From NCBI GenBank assembly GCA_963729605.1, contig CAVSNY010000006.1, positions 64,001 to 128,000 of the forward strand: DNA of 64,000 bases, given 5' to 3'. Position 1 is the first letter of the stretch. The number at the start of each line of letters is the position of its first letter. The position numbers and the translations under genes are program-made. The notes beneath the pieces were generated by a model. That model saw only the letters and a list, made by a program, of their open reading frames with translations, ran no database searches and was not told where the DNA came from. Below are positions 1 to 10,768 of this stretch, piece by piece. This DNA is from an uncultured Gammaproteobacteria bacterium (GTDB lineage Bacteria > Pseudomonadota > Gammaproteobacteria > DRLM01).

Positions 1-906
1 AATGGTCAAACCCAGATGATCGGCGGTACGCTTGTTCAATGCGGCCTGTAAATCCGTCAAAGGCACGATGGATGAGGCCGCGCCATTGCCTCCCTCGCTC
101 AAAACCCGTTGCGCCAGTTTCGCGATACTCACTCCCATCGCCTTATTATCGGGGAACAATGAGAACAGCGCACCCCTTTTGGCGTGGGCGGGATTGGAAG
201 AAAATACGGCCAGATAATTATCCCAAGCCCCCTTCAGGATCAGAGGCAGTATGACTCGATCCTCCACGACCGTCGCATCCGGCAGCAGCCAAATGGCATC
301 GCTTGATTGCCGACTACTGTTGGCCAGAATATCCCGGTATACCTTGGCGGCGCCCCGGCTGTCTTCCACGGGATACGTCAGCAACCTCATCCCATGACGC
401 CTGGCGGCGGCATGCCCCAGACTCACCAGCCATTCGCTGTTGGCGCGGTTATAAACCACGCTCACATTTTTAATGTCGGGCAAGATCGCCTTGAGCCTGG
501 CAAACATCATGTCGGGGTCGGCGGCCAAACTGATACCCGAAACACCTGCGGAAATATCCTCCGGCGCGATGATCAAAGCCCCTACCACGATCGGACGGTT
601 TAATTGTAATTTTTGCGCGGCGGCAAAGCCGCCTCGTCCAAGCGCGATCACCGCTTCGGTATTTTGACGGAGTAAGATCTCTCGTAATAGATCGCGGTCG
701 TAGTTGTCGCCGATTGCATGAAAATTAATCTCGCGGGTGGCGCCCTGCTTGATGCCCTCCATAATCGCGGTGACGACCTCGCGATAGGGGTCGCGAATAT
801 CGGGATATAAAACGGCGATGGCCGCCTGCGAAACAGAGAATGGTAAACTTATTAACAAGCTTACACTTGCCAATACTGCCATCCTCACTAACGAAAAAAA
901 GGCCAT
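1..906 (-). CDS. ABC transporter substrate-binding protein (ABC_sub_bind type), partial, runs off the window start
   Basis: Not in the ORF track. Manual translation is open from ATG 906 (alt. 882) to base 1: signal peptide, then AVLYPDIRDPYREV...VIALG...PDIKNVSVVYN...DAIWLLPD...HAKRGALFSLFPDNKAMG...LNKRTADHLGL. Confidence 0.8.
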   Translation of the reverse strand, partial: MAFFSLVRMAVLASVSLLISLPFSVSQAAIAVLYPDIRDPYREVVTAIMEGIKQGATREINFHAIGDNYDRDLLREILLRQNTEAVIALGRGGFAAAQKLQLNRPIVVGALIIAPEDISAGVSGISLAADPDMMFARLKAILPDIKNVSVVYNRANSEWLVSLGHAAARRHGMRLLTYPVEDSRGAAKVYRDILANSSRQSSDAIWLLPDATVVEDRVILPLILKGAWDNYLAVFSSNPAHAKRGALFSLFPDNKAMGVSIAKLAQRVLSEGGNGAASSIVPLTDLQAALNKRTADHLGLTI

Positions 907-1105
907 TCGCTATCTATAAATTCTGGGGCGGGATTATCAATCTTGGAAACGATCACCTCACTATTGAGGCAATGAGGATTGTAGGGCTTCGGAAGAATAA
1001 ACACAATTTTAAAAGTGGTAGCCCCCCAACAATTTTTTAATTGGAGATTGCGAGTGACTCGGAAAGGGGGCGGTGCGAATACCGCCCCCGATTCCATCGC
1101 GACGA

Positions 1106-1285
1106 TTAATGCAGGGTCCTGCGCAGGCCATGTGTTTGATCGGGGACTTGGCCAGGCGTTTCGTCAATCAATATCCCCATACGGGGCTCTTGATGCTTGG
1201 CTTTACCATAAGTCGGATCTTCGGTGACTTCCAGCAACCTCAACTGCAAATCGTCGTCTTGACCACATTTACGCCGATTACTCAT
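1106..1285 (-). CDS. small hypothetical protein (59 aa)
   Basis: Strong SD GAGGAGG 5 nt before ATG 1285; MSNRRKCGQDDDLQ...RRTLH; sigma-28-like promoter upstream. Confidence 0.45.
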   Translation of the reverse strand: MSNRRKCGQDDDLQLRLLEVTEDPTYGKAKHQEPRMGILIDETPGQVPDQTHGLRRTLH

Positions 1286-1361
1286 AACCGCCTCCTCATC
1301 GCCTTTGATCCGGAGCACCGCGGCAACTAGCCTCTTAAATACCCATCACCGCTCACTCTAG

Positions 1362-1389
1362 TTATCGACCCGGTCTCGATACGGCTTTA
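1362..1389 (-). promoter_or_regulatory. sigma-28 (FliA)-like promoter
   Basis: Minus strand TAAAG-N15-GTCGATAA versus consensus TAAAG-N14-GCCGATAA; spacer is one base long. Confidence 0.35.
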
Positions 1390-1458
1390 ACGACAAAACG
1401 TCAATGCCATCACAGTTCGTCCTTAAAAAAATCATAAACTCTTGGCGGGTCGGCGATA

Positions 1459-1932
1459 TCAGGCCTCGCGGCAACCGTTTGAATCACTCGCGGCAAACCC
1501 GGGCGAAGACGCACCATTGGAGTGCGCTCTAAATCGATACGCCCTTTTCAAACAATGGGTCAACCATTCCCGCAAAAACTGATTGACACGACGTTTCTCA
1601 TAAGGCTGAAACATGTTCGGATTCGGGTAGGGATACAAAGGCTGAAAGCGTCCGGAGCTTTGGTAAGCCAGCACTTCCGCCACCCGCGCGTCTCGATAGA
1701 TGCGTATTTTCATGTTGAGCGCGGGGACGAAACGCTTATCGATGTTCATCGAATGGACAATACAAATCGTCGTGGTATAAGGACTGCGCTCCAACACCCT
1801 CACCTCGATACCGCTGATCGATTCGGCGACCAACACCGCCGCGCCGTCCACGCCTTCCAAGCCTGGCAATAACGCCATCAGCCTGGAGAAATTTTCCTCG
1901 TAGAGACCAAGCGTGTTCTGCATTACATACAT
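1459..1932 (-). CDS. DUF1249 (YqiB-like) protein
   Basis: LYEENFSRLMALLP...ERSPYTT...IRIYRDARVAEV...YPYPNPNMFQPYEKRRVNQFLREWL. Confidence 0.85.
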   Translation of the reverse strand: MYVMQNTLGLYEENFSRLMALLPGLEGVDGAAVLVAESISGIEVRVLERSPYTTTICIVHSMNIDKRFVPALNMKIRIYRDARVAEVLAYQSSGRFQPLYPYPNPNMFQPYEKRRVNQFLREWLTHCLKRAYRFRAHSNGASSPGFAASDSNGCREA

Positions 1933-2043
1933 CACATGCAAACCTTCTTGTTGTGAATCACCCTGCGTCGATCATACCATGCCGCTTTCCAATAACACTC
2001 GCATCGGACGCCTTCATCGTTAGTATCGACTTTTCCGACGTCA

Positions 2044-2820
2044 TCATTTAGATCCGGCCGCCCCATCGCCGTCCCGGCCTTGCAGGAAAGGCCGGAGCAA
2101 ATCCATGGGCACGGGAAAAATGATCGTGGAATTATTCTCGGTGGCAATGGCATTCAAGGTCTGCAGATAGCGCAGTTGCAGGGCTTGCGGCGCCTGTCCC
2201 AACACCCGCGCCGCCGCCAATAGATGCTCCGAAGCCTGCAATTCGCCTTCGGCGTGAATCACCTTGGCACGCCGTTCGCGCTCGGCCTCGGCCTGGCGGG
2301 CGATCGCGCGTATCATGCTTTCATCGATATCGACATGTTTGATCTCGACATTGGTGACTTTGATCCCCCAGGCATCGGTCTGGGCATCGAGAATTTTCTG
2401 GATATCGGCATTGAGCTTATCACGGCTGGCGAGCATATCGTCCAGATCGTGCTGACCCAATACCGAACGCAGGGTGGTTTGCGCCAACTGGCTGGTGGCC
2501 GATTCAAAATTCTCCACTTGAATGATCGCCCGCTGGGGGTCCACCACCCGGTAATAAATCACCGCGTTGACCTTTACCGACACGTTATCGCGGGAGATCA
2601 CGTCCTGGCTCGGCACATCCATCACGATGATGCGCAAATCGACCTTGACCATTTGCTGCAAGACCGGAATCACCAGAATCAGACCCGGGCCCTTGACCTT
2701 CCAATATCGGCCCAGCATGAAGATGACGCCGCGCTGGTATTCGCGCAAAACACGAAACGCCGTCGCCAACAAGGCAATGATCACACCGATCAACAGGACG
2801 AACAGGTACGAAGTTACCAT
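2044..2820 (-). CDS. SPFH/band-7 stomatin-like (slipin) protein
   Basis: N-terminal TM helix; [47 protein letters not shown]. Confidence 0.95.
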   Translation of the reverse strand: MVTSYLFVLLIGVIIALLATAFRVLREYQRGVIFMLGRYWKVKGPGLILVIPVLQQMVKVDLRIIVMDVPSQDVISRDNVSVKVNAVIYYRVVDPQRAIIQVENFESATSQLAQTTLRSVLGQHDLDDMLASRDKLNADIQKILDAQTDAWGIKVTNVEIKHVDIDESMIRAIARQAEAERERRAKVIHAEGELQASEHLLAAARVLGQAPQALQLRYLQTLNAIATENNSTIIFPVPMDLLRPFLQGRDGDGAAGSK

Positions 2821-2838
2821 GATTTACTCCTTCGTTAT

Positions 2839-4170
2839 TTACTCGGCCGGCATCACCCGCAAAATCAGGCCGTCCATCGCCATCACGCGCACCCGTTGGC
2901 CCGCGCGCAAGGGCTGATCTGAACGGGCGGTCCAACGCTCGCCATGAATATGAATGGGTCCCTCTTGCTCAAAATCCTCCACCACCGTACCCACGCTGCC
3001 GATCATTTCCTCGCGGCCGCTCACCACCGGACGCCGGCGCGCCTTCAAAGCCAACGCGACCACCAACATCAAAAAAGCGAGGCTGACAATTGAGAACAGG
3101 ACAATCACCGGGAGCGATATGCCGTAACCCGCCACATCCGTCTCCAGCAGAATGATGGACCCGAACACGAAGGCGATCACCCCGCCGATGCCCAGCGCGC
3201 CAAAACTCGGCAACAGCGCCTCGCCGATCATAAAGGCCATGCCGAGCATGATCAGCGCCAACCCGGCGTAATTGATCGGCAGCGTCTGAAAGGCGAACAG
3301 GGCGAGCAACAGGGAAATCGCGCCCACCACGCCGGGCAGCACCATCCCCGGATTGGCGAATTCATAAATCAAGCCATAGATGCCGAGCAGCATCAACACG
3401 TAGGCGATGGTCGGATCGGTGATCACCGCCAGCAGACGGGAACGCCAATCGGGCTCCCTCTCTTCCATCGCCATATCGGCGGTATCTATCTGGGTCGCCA
3501 CGCCCAGCACGTTCACCGGCCGGCCGTCGATCTGCGCCAGCAAATCATCCAGGTCTTTGGCGACCATGTCGATGACGCCCAAGCGCAGGGCGTCTTCCGC
3601 CGCCAGACTGGCGGCCTCGCGCACCGCCTGCTCCGCCCATTGCGCGTTGCGTCCCCGCAGCTTCGCCAATGATTGAATATAGGCCACCGCGTCGTTGACG
3701 ATTTTTTTGGTCATGGCGTCATCACCCTGTGCGGGTTTACCGTCCGCTTCACCCCCCGCCGGCGCGGCGGGCATACCCATCTGCACCGGCGTCGCCGCGC
3801 CGAGATTGGTGGCCGGCGCCATGGCCGCGTAATGACTGGCGTACAGAATATAGGTGCCGGCGCTGGCGGCGCGCGCGCCCGGCGGCGCGACATAGGCCGC
3901 CACCGGAACCGGCGAGGCGATGATGTCTTGAATGATGGCGCGCATCGAGACATCCAATCCGCCGGGGGTGTCCAACCGCAGAATCACCAACGCCACGCCG
4001 CGGTCGGCGGCCCGTTGCAGATTGCGTTGAATATAATCGCGGGTGGCGGGACCGATCACGCCGGTGACTTGTAACAACACGGCCCGTCCGCCCGTCTCCT
4101 GCCCTTGCGAGCAGAGCGGCCAGCAACAGGCCAAAATGGACATCCATATCGCGAATCGTCGCATTAACAT
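2839..4170 (-). CDS. nfeD: NfeD family membrane-bound serine protease
   Basis: LDTPGG, RAASAG, TNLGAATP, TM helices, C-terminal OB fold (GERWTA); upstream of stomatin; SD GGAGG before ATG 4170. Confidence 0.93.
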   Translation of the reverse strand: MLMRRFAIWMSILACCWPLCSQGQETGGRAVLLQVTGVIGPATRDYIQRNLQRAADRGVALVILRLDTPGGLDVSMRAIIQDIIASPVPVAAYVAPPGARAASAGTYILYASHYAAMAPATNLGAATPVQMGMPAAPAGGEADGKPAQGDDAMTKKIVNDAVAYIQSLAKLRGRNAQWAEQAVREAASLAAEDALRLGVIDMVAKDLDDLLAQIDGRPVNVLGVATQIDTADMAMEEREPDWRSRLLAVITDPTIAYVLMLLGIYGLIYEFANPGMVLPGVVGAISLLLALFAFQTLPINYAGLALIMLGMAFMIGEALLPSFGALGIGGVIAFVFGSIILLETDVAGYGISLPVIVLFSIVSLAFLMLVVALALKARRRPVVSGREEMIGSVGTVVEDFEQEGPIHIHGERWTARSDQPLRAGQRVRVMAMDGLILRVMPAE

Positions 4171-4382
4171 GCCCTCCGCCCTTTGACGGTATACCACAAG
4201 CGATCGAGCTTGCCCAACCGCGCCGTGCCTCCCCGCTTCCGTTGTGAAGCGGGGCCGAACTTGTTAAATTGTTCCGACCACACGGGAAATGGATCCCATC
4301 GCCTTGACACCGCGGCAAGCCGCGGAGAGTCTTGAAATTAACTTTCGGTTTACCTACATCGTGACGGGCACCGCCTATTAGT

Positions 4383-5717
4383 ATGGATCCGCAAACCGCC
4401 CAAACCCCCGTAAAACCGGCCGGCACCAGCGCCGTCATATTGATCGGCGTCGCCCTGCTTGCCCTGTTACTGGGTAGTTATCAGTGGTACGAGTTGTATG
4501 AAATGCGCACCAGCGGCGCCAGCCCGCTGTGCGCCGTGTCCGAAAACCTCGATTGCGCCGCGGTGTGGACTTCACCGCTGGCCACCGCCGTACATGGCTA
4601 CACCGGCCTGCCTTTCGCGGCCTGGGGCGTAGCCTGGGGCGGTTTGGTGTTGATCCTGGCACTGCAATTGACGCGGCGGCAAATCCCCGCGGCGGAAACC
4701 ATCCTCGCCTTGCGCCTGGTCACCGGCGCCGGTGGCTTACTCTCCATCGGCTTGCTGATCTACAGCATCACCCTCGGCGTTTTTTGCCCTACCTGCCTGT
4801 TGTTCTACGTCTTTGTCGCGATCGGCGCCTATCTCGCCTTCGTCCGGCTGCGTCCCGGGCAATACCCTTGGCCGCGCGCCGCGCTGCATGATCTCGGACT
4901 GTTACTGGTCATCGTCGCGGTATTGTTATACCCCGGCCTGCAAACCCCCAAACAAGATCTGGCCTCGGCCACCCTCGCCAAAATCACCGCGGCCTCCCCC
5001 GGCCACCACGGCGTGGACTTGTCGCAAGACCCGCTGGCCAAATTCCTGCGGGACCTGGAACCGCAAGTGCGGCAAATCGTCAGCGACACCCACGCCTTGT
5101 ATCGCATCGCGCCCCGCATCGAAACGCCGGTGGACATCGACCGTATCGTCTCCGGCAATCCGCAGGCGCCGGTGCATCTCATCGATTGGGTGGATATCCG
5201 CTGCCCTCATTGCCGCAGCCTCGATGAGGCACTCAATGAAATCCGCGGCGTCACCCCCAACACCAGCTGGACCGAGGAATCCCGGCATTTTCCCCTGGAC
5301 AGCGAATGCAACCCCGGCATCTCGCGCAGCGACGGCAGCGGCGTGGCCTGCCTCAGCGCGAAATTGCTGATCTGCCTGGCCGGCTCGCCCCAAGGCAACC
5401 TGGTGCGCACCGCTCTCTTCGACGATCAACGCACACTCACCACGGAGCGGGTTTGGGAGATCGCCGCGAAGCACCAGACGCAACGCGCCCCGCTGGAAAA
5501 ATGCGTCGCCTCGCCGGAGACCGCCGCCACCTTGCGGAGCGACATTCAACTCGCCAACCGGCATGGCATCGAAGGCACGCCGTTGCTGGTGATCAACGGC
5601 CGGCAGGCGCCCCCCTTTCCGCCCTTCATCTTCGCCATGATCATCGCCGCGGGCGACAGCAACGCGGCGGGCTTTCAAGTATTGCCGCCGCCCCGCCCCG
5701 AAGTCCTGGCCCGCTAG
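4383..5717 (+). CDS. VKOR (vitamin K epoxide reductase) - DsbA/thioredoxin fusion
   Basis: VKOR loop cysteines CAVSENLDC..V.TS and FCPTC; DsbA-like CPHC, HFPLDSECN and GIEGTP cis-Pro motif. Confidence 0.88.
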   Translation: MDPQTAQTPVKPAGTSAVILIGVALLALLLGSYQWYELYEMRTSGASPLCAVSENLDCAAVWTSPLATAVHGYTGLPFAAWGVAWGGLVLILALQLTRRQIPAAETILALRLVTGAGGLLSIGLLIYSITLGVFCPTCLLFYVFVAIGAYLAFVRLRPGQYPWPRAALHDLGLLLVIVAVLLYPGLQTPKQDLASATLAKITAASPGHHGVDLSQDPLAKFLRDLEPQVRQIVSDTHALYRIAPRIETPVDIDRIVSGNPQAPVHLIDWVDIRCPHCRSLDEALNEIRGVTPNTSWTEESRHFPLDSECNPGISRSDGSGVACLSAKLLICLAGSPQGNLVRTALFDDQRTLTTERVWEIAAKHQTQRAPLEKCVASPETAATLRSDIQLANRHGIEGTPLLVINGRQAPPFPPFIFAMIIAAGDSNAAGFQVLPPPRPEVLAR

Positions 5718-5719
5718 CC

Positions 5720-6982
5720 GTGGACGCGCCCGCCCCGCCCGCCGCCAGTTGCGCCGCCCCCGAAGCGAGACACATCCTCAGCGTCGATGAGGCGCAACGA
5801 CGGATCCTGAGCCTGCTGACGCCGATCACCGAACGGGAAACCGTCGGCCTCTACGACAGCCTCGGCCGCATCACCGCCCACACCGTGCGCGCCCCGCGCG
5901 GCGTGCCTCCCTTCGACAACTCGGCGATGGACGGCTACGCACTGCGCGGCGCCGACATCCCCGCCGAGGGCGAACGCGAATTGCGCATCGTTGGCACCGT
6001 CCTGGCGGGCAAACCCTACGCCCGCGCCCTCGGCGCCGGCGAATGCGTGCGCATCATGACCGGCGGCGTCCTGCCCGAAGGCGCCGACAGCGTGATCATG
6101 CAGGAAGAGGTTATTCGCATCGACGACATCGCCGTGATCCGCGCCGGCCATAAGCCCGGCGAACATGTGCGCCACGCCGGCGAAGACATCGCCCAGCACG
6201 ATCCGGTCATCGATGCCGGCAAACGCCTCGCCCCGGCCGATCTCGGCGTGCTCGCCTCGCTGGGCTTCACCCATTGCGAGGTATTGCGCCGTCCACGCGT
6301 CGCGTATTTCTCCACCGGCGACGAACTGCGCCCGCTGGGTGAGCCGCTGTCCACCGGTTGCCTCTACGACAGCAGCCGCTACACGCTCTACGGCCTGCTA
6401 CAGCAATTGGGCGTCGTTCCCGTCGATCTCGGCATCGTGCCCGATCAGCGCCAGGCCTTGCGCGACACCTTGCTGCGCGCCGCGGCCGAGGCCGATGTCG
6501 TCATTTCCACCGGCGGCGTCTCGGTGGGCGAGGCCGATTTCGTGCGCGACACCTTGGGCGCGGTGGGCGAAATCCACTTCTGGCGGGTCGGCATGAAACC
6601 GGGGCGGCCCTTCGCCTTCGGCCGCATCGAACAAACCTGGTTTTTCGGCCTGCCGGGCAATCCGGTCTCCACCATGGTGACCTTCCTGCAATTCGTGCAG
6701 CCGGCCTTGCGCCACCTGATGGGCGAACAGCGCACCCACGGTTACCGGCTGCGCGTACCCTGCATCACCGCGCTCAAAAAGGCGCCGGGCAGAATGGAAT
6801 TTCAGCGCGGCATCTTAACCAGCGACGCCGACGGCCAGGCCGTGGTGCGCAGCACCGGCGCGCAAGGTTCGGCGATATTGAGCTCGATGAGCAAGGCCAA
6901 CTGCTTCATCGTACTGCCCGCGGAATGCGGCGACCTCCCCGCCGGCGCCGTGGTGGAAGTGCAAGTCTTCACATTGTTATAG
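5720..6982 (+). CDS. moeA: molybdopterin molybdotransferase
   Basis: PPFDNSAMDGYA, RIMTG, STGDEL, STGGVSVG, MKPGRP, GLPGNPVS; GTG start 3 nt after the VKOR stop. Confidence 0.95.
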   Translation: MDAPAPPAASCAAPEARHILSVDEAQRRILSLLTPITERETVGLYDSLGRITAHTVRAPRGVPPFDNSAMDGYALRGADIPAEGERELRIVGTVLAGKPYARALGAGECVRIMTGGVLPEGADSVIMQEEVIRIDDIAVIRAGHKPGEHVRHAGEDIAQHDPVIDAGKRLAPADLGVLASLGFTHCEVLRRPRVAYFSTGDELRPLGEPLSTGCLYDSSRYTLYGLLQQLGVVPVDLGIVPDQRQALRDTLLRAAAEADVVISTGGVSVGEADFVRDTLGAVGEIHFWRVGMKPGRPFAFGRIEQTWFFGLPGNPVSTMVTFLQFVQPALRHLMGEQRTHGYRLRVPCITALKKAPGRMEFQRGILTSDADGQAVVRSTGAQGSAILSSMSKANCFIVLPAECGDLPAGAVVEVQVFTLL

Positions 6983-7169
6983 CGCGCGATTCATTACCCG
7001 GCGGCGAACCGGCACGACCCCGGTTGCAACTCACGCTTATCCTTCCGCCATCCCCTTTCCGCCGGTCAAAGTTGCAAGCCAATGTAAAAATTACTTGGCT
7101 CGGCATGCCAACAATACCGCGGCGAAAAAAATCAGACCGTATTTTCATCGTCCTGCGATGAGCGAGTCA

Positions 7170-7185
7170 TGGAATGGATATTGCT
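7170..7185 (+). promoter_or_regulatory. sigma-54 (-24/-12) promoter candidate
   Basis: TGGAATGGATATTGCT (GG-N10-GC) about 80 nt upstream of ATG 7267. Confidence 0.55.
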
Positions 7186-7266
7186 GATGCCTAACGCGTC
7201 GTTGCCTAGATTTACCAATGGATTTTAGCTTCCCCGAATGAGGGACTCGTTACAAGGAGTGTACTT

Positions 7267-8653
7267 ATGCTGACGCCACTGCGCCGCGCGACCGCGTTCA
7301 CCCTCCTGCTCTGCTGCTCGTTAACCGCCCGCGCCGGTGATGATAGCCAGACCTATCTACCGGTGATCTCCGATAAACCCTTCAAGGACGTGATGGCCGA
7401 AGACAAGGCCGCCAAGTCCAAGATCATGAAGACCCAGAGCGGTCTGCTGGAAAAGCGTTACGATCTACGCGACCGGCCGCTGGGGCAGGCGAAAATGTCC
7501 GGCGGACGCAAGGCCGTGCAGGACGGCGTCCGCGTAAAATTATCGGATGGCATGACTTGGGATCGCCTGACCCAGATGACACCCCAGGAAATCCGCGATC
7601 AAGGCGTTTTTCCCGCAGGCTTTCTGCCGCTGCCCCACGTCAAACATGCGGCAGGCGGCATGGTGTTTCCAAAAAACGAGATCAAAGCGATCAAGGACCT
7701 CGAAGGGCGCTCCTTGGAACGCTTCGATGTCGAATTCGATCTACCGGAACAGTTCACTCCGGAATTTCCGCCACCGATTTTTCTGACCACGCGCCCTGAA
7801 TTGGGCGACGTCTCGCAAGGCAAACTGCTTTCGATCGACAATTATTTCGATTTGATGCTGGGGATTCTTGACCCCGGTTCAGATAGAGGGCTTGCGGCTG
7901 TTGCTGACCCCGTTTCCTCAACAACAATTCAATCAGACCGGCGACCGAAAAGTCGAAAGACCGAGCCTGGGCGTCGCCTGTCTGGATTGCCATGCCAATG
8001 GCCACACCAATGCCGCCTTTCATCTCAACCCGGACAACCGGCCGCAAGAGGCCCGCTTTCGCATCGAGACACCCAGTTTGCGCGGCATGTTCAATCAGCA
8101 GATCCACGGCTCCAAACGCTCAATACGCTCAGTGGAGGACTTCACCGAGTTTGAACAGCGCACGGCGTATTTCGACGGCGATCAAGTGACCGCGCAGAAA
8201 AAGGGCGTGCACCTGCCCAACCGGGCCGACCAAGTCGCGCTGATGGCGCAGATGCAAAATATCCTCGACTTCCCGCCCGCGCCCAAGCTGGATGTGTTCG
8301 GCAAACTGGATATGGCCAAGGCCGATGCCCGGGAACTCAAGGGCCAGGAACTCTTCTTCGGCAAAGCGCGCTGCGCGGAGTGCCACACGCCGCCCGCTTA
8401 CCTCGACAACAAAATGCATGACCTCAAGGTGGAGCGTTTTTACAAGGAACAAACCATCAATGGCCAGCGTCTCCATGCCGAGGGACCGATCAAGACCTTC
8501 ACTTTACGCGGAATAAAAGATTCGCCGCCCTATCTGCACGACGGCCGCTTGCTCACGTTGGCGGATACGGTGGAATTTTTCAACCTGGTGCTGGGTCTCG
8601 GCCTGACCGCCGAAGAGAAAGAGTCGCTGGTGGCGTTCATGCTGACCTTGTAA
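7267..8653 (+). pseudogene. secreted di-heme cytochrome c (CCP/MauG-like), split by a +1 frameshift near 7864-7868
   Basis: ORF 7267..8154 (signal peptide, N-domain) and ORF 7868..8653 (CLDCH, ETPSLRG, CAECH, KTFTLRGI..SPPYLHDGR) join as ..LGI/LTPVQ.. when one base is removed from GGGATTCTTGACC. Could be a real lesion or an assembly error. Confidence 0.8.
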
Positions 8654-8781
8654 AAAATCCTCTTGAGCCTATCCGCCCCGGCCTGTACGTACACCGAGGC
8701 AGTGGCCGTCCCGCGTGGAGGGTCCACTACCTCGGCCACGTATCACAACGCCGATTCGAGCGGATAGGTGCGACCTGACCG

Positions 8782-10359
8782 CTAGGTCTCCGCATCCAAC
8801 GCCTGCAACAGCTTTTCCAATTCCGGCAAACGCACGGGCTTGACCAGATGTCCATCACACCCGGCGTGCCGCGATGCGAGTCGGTCACTTTCCTGGCCCC
8901 AGCCGGTCAAGGCGATGATCATCATGGACTTCCCCCAGGACTGGGCACGGATGCGCCGGGTCGCTTCACGGCCGTCGAGCCGCGGCATGCCGATGTCCAT
9001 CAAAATCAAATTGGGCTGGAATTGCTCGGCCTTTTCGACGGCCTCGAGGCCGTCGAAAGCAGTACGGACATCATGGCCCATCATTTCCAGCAACATCGCC
9101 ATCGACTGCGCCGAATCTTGATTGTCATCCACCACCAGGATGCGCTTTTGGCGGCTCGCCGTTTGATTTTTAACGGTGGCGGATTCGGCGGTAGGCGTCT
9201 CTCCCCGCTCGCCGTCCAGCACCGGCAGCCTGACCGTGAAAGTGCTGCCTTTACCTATTCCTTCGCTCGTCACCTCGATGATACCCCCATGCATCTCGAC
9301 CAAGGTCTTGGCCAGCGCGAGTCCGATGCCCAATCCCTGCACCAAACCTTCGGCCTGGGAAAACATCTGGAAGATATAAGGAAAGGCCTGCGGATCGATG
9401 CCGATGCCGGTATCACGTACCGAGACTTCCACCTCGGCGCCGCATAAGCGGGTGGTGAGCCAGATGGTGCCGCCGGGCTCGGTGTATTTGACGCTATTGG
9501 TGAGAAGATTAGAAAAAATCTGGGCGAGGCGCATTAAATCGCCGTCGATAAACACCGGCGTTTCCGGCAAGCTTACGGTGAGCTCGTGCCCTCGCGCCGC
9601 GCTGATCGGCCGCACGGTCTCCAAGGCGGAGGCTATCACCTCATTCAGCGAGACCCGCGAGCGCTGCAAAGCCAATTTGTTCTGACGGATGCGCGCGGCA
9701 TCGAGCAAATCGTCGATGAGCCTCACCAGATGGGAAAACTGGCGATCCATCATCGCCTGCAGTTGTTGGAGCGTCTCCGGATCGTTATCGGCGGACCGCA
9801 ACAATTCCAGACCGTTGCGCAAGGGCGCGAGGGGATTGCGCAACTCGTGGGCGAGCAGCGCGAGAAATTCATCTTTACGGCGATCCGAATCCCGCAACTC
9901 CAATTCGACGCGTTTGGAATCGGTGACATCGCGGGTGGTCCCGGCGATGGCTTCCACCCGCCCATCCTCGGCGAACACCGGCACGAAAATATAATCGTAA
10001 AGACGCCGGCCGTGGGTGCCCGTAAAAGGAACAACGCCGCGTATCGGCCGCCGCGTTATGATGACCTGCTCGATTTCCCGATCATGCATCGCCGCATGCT
10101 CCGGGGGATAACCGAGCTCAAGGCAATTCTTGCCGATCGCTTCGCTCCAGGGCCGCCCCCACATCGCGAGCAGCGCCTCATTGGCATAGGTGAAACGATG
10201 ATTCAAATCGAATACGTAGATGAGGTCCGGCGTATTCGACAATATCGTCTCATACAAGCGAAGACGTTGCTCCGAATCAAGCGGGGTTTGCGCGAACGGA
10301 TAAGCCGGCCCACGCTTGCCCGCCTCCGGTGAGGACTCTTCGACAATCCTTTCGCCCAT
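8782..10359 (-). CDS. PAS hybrid sensor histidine kinase/response regulator
   Basis: PAS; FLALLAHELRNPLAP H-box; NSVKYT, DTGIGI, GLGIGL; C-terminal REC (VVDDN, MDIGMP, KP). Confidence 0.93.
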   Translation of the reverse strand: MGERIVEESSPEAGKRGPAYPFAQTPLDSEQRLRLYETILSNTPDLIYVFDLNHRFTYANEALLAMWGRPWSEAIGKNCLELGYPPEHAAMHDREIEQVIITRRPIRGVVPFTGTHGRRLYDYIFVPVFAEDGRVEAIAGTTRDVTDSKRVELELRDSDRRKDEFLALLAHELRNPLAPLRNGLELLRSADNDPETLQQLQAMMDRQFSHLVRLIDDLLDAARIRQNKLALQRSRVSLNEVIASALETVRPISAARGHELTVSLPETPVFIDGDLMRLAQIFSNLLTNSVKYTEPGGTIWLTTRLCGAEVEVSVRDTGIGIDPQAFPYIFQMFSQAEGLVQGLGIGLALAKTLVEMHGGIIEVTSEGIGKGSTFTVRLPVLDGERGETPTAESATVKNQTASRQKRILVVDDNQDSAQSMAMLLEMMGHDVRTAFDGLEAVEKAEQFQPNLILMDIGMPRLDGREATRRIRAQSWGKSMMIIALTGWGQESDRLASRHAGCDGHLVKPVRLPELEKLLQALDAET

Positions 10360-10768
10360 GATCTCTCCTTTACTCACGACTGGCATAACATAGTTATTGA
10401 GAAGCAGTCATCGCCAAGCTATGACTCGAATTCGAGATCTAACTTTCCCTTCCAACCTCCCTAGTTTGGGGTGGCCGCGGCTCATTAGTGTAGCTGAGTG
10501 ATTTTCACAAGGCGAGTAACCGGATTGTTTGGCGACGGCCGGCAAAATCCCGTGATTCAGACATCGCAATAACCGTCAATCCGCCAGCCACGCGCACGAC
10601 GGAAGGGGATCATTCAAAATAGTTTGACAGCAAGAGCGGCTACTGAAAACTGTATTATATATATAGCAATTCCGCTGCGCGGAACCGAATCCGCCGTCCC
10701 GCTGTAGTGATTGACAGCCCATGCAATAGCGATGAGCATATCCGTACGCCAAACTCACCGCCTCATAC

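Noticed and set aside
5306-5719. 138-aa N-terminal extension of MoeA in the ORF track
   Set aside because: It overlaps the VKOR gene in another frame and is Arg-rich nonsense; GTG 5720 fits better.
10648-10668. ACTGTATTATATATATAGC as a LexA box
   Set aside because: It lacks the ACAG half-site at the correct spacing; more likely an AT-rich promoter segment.
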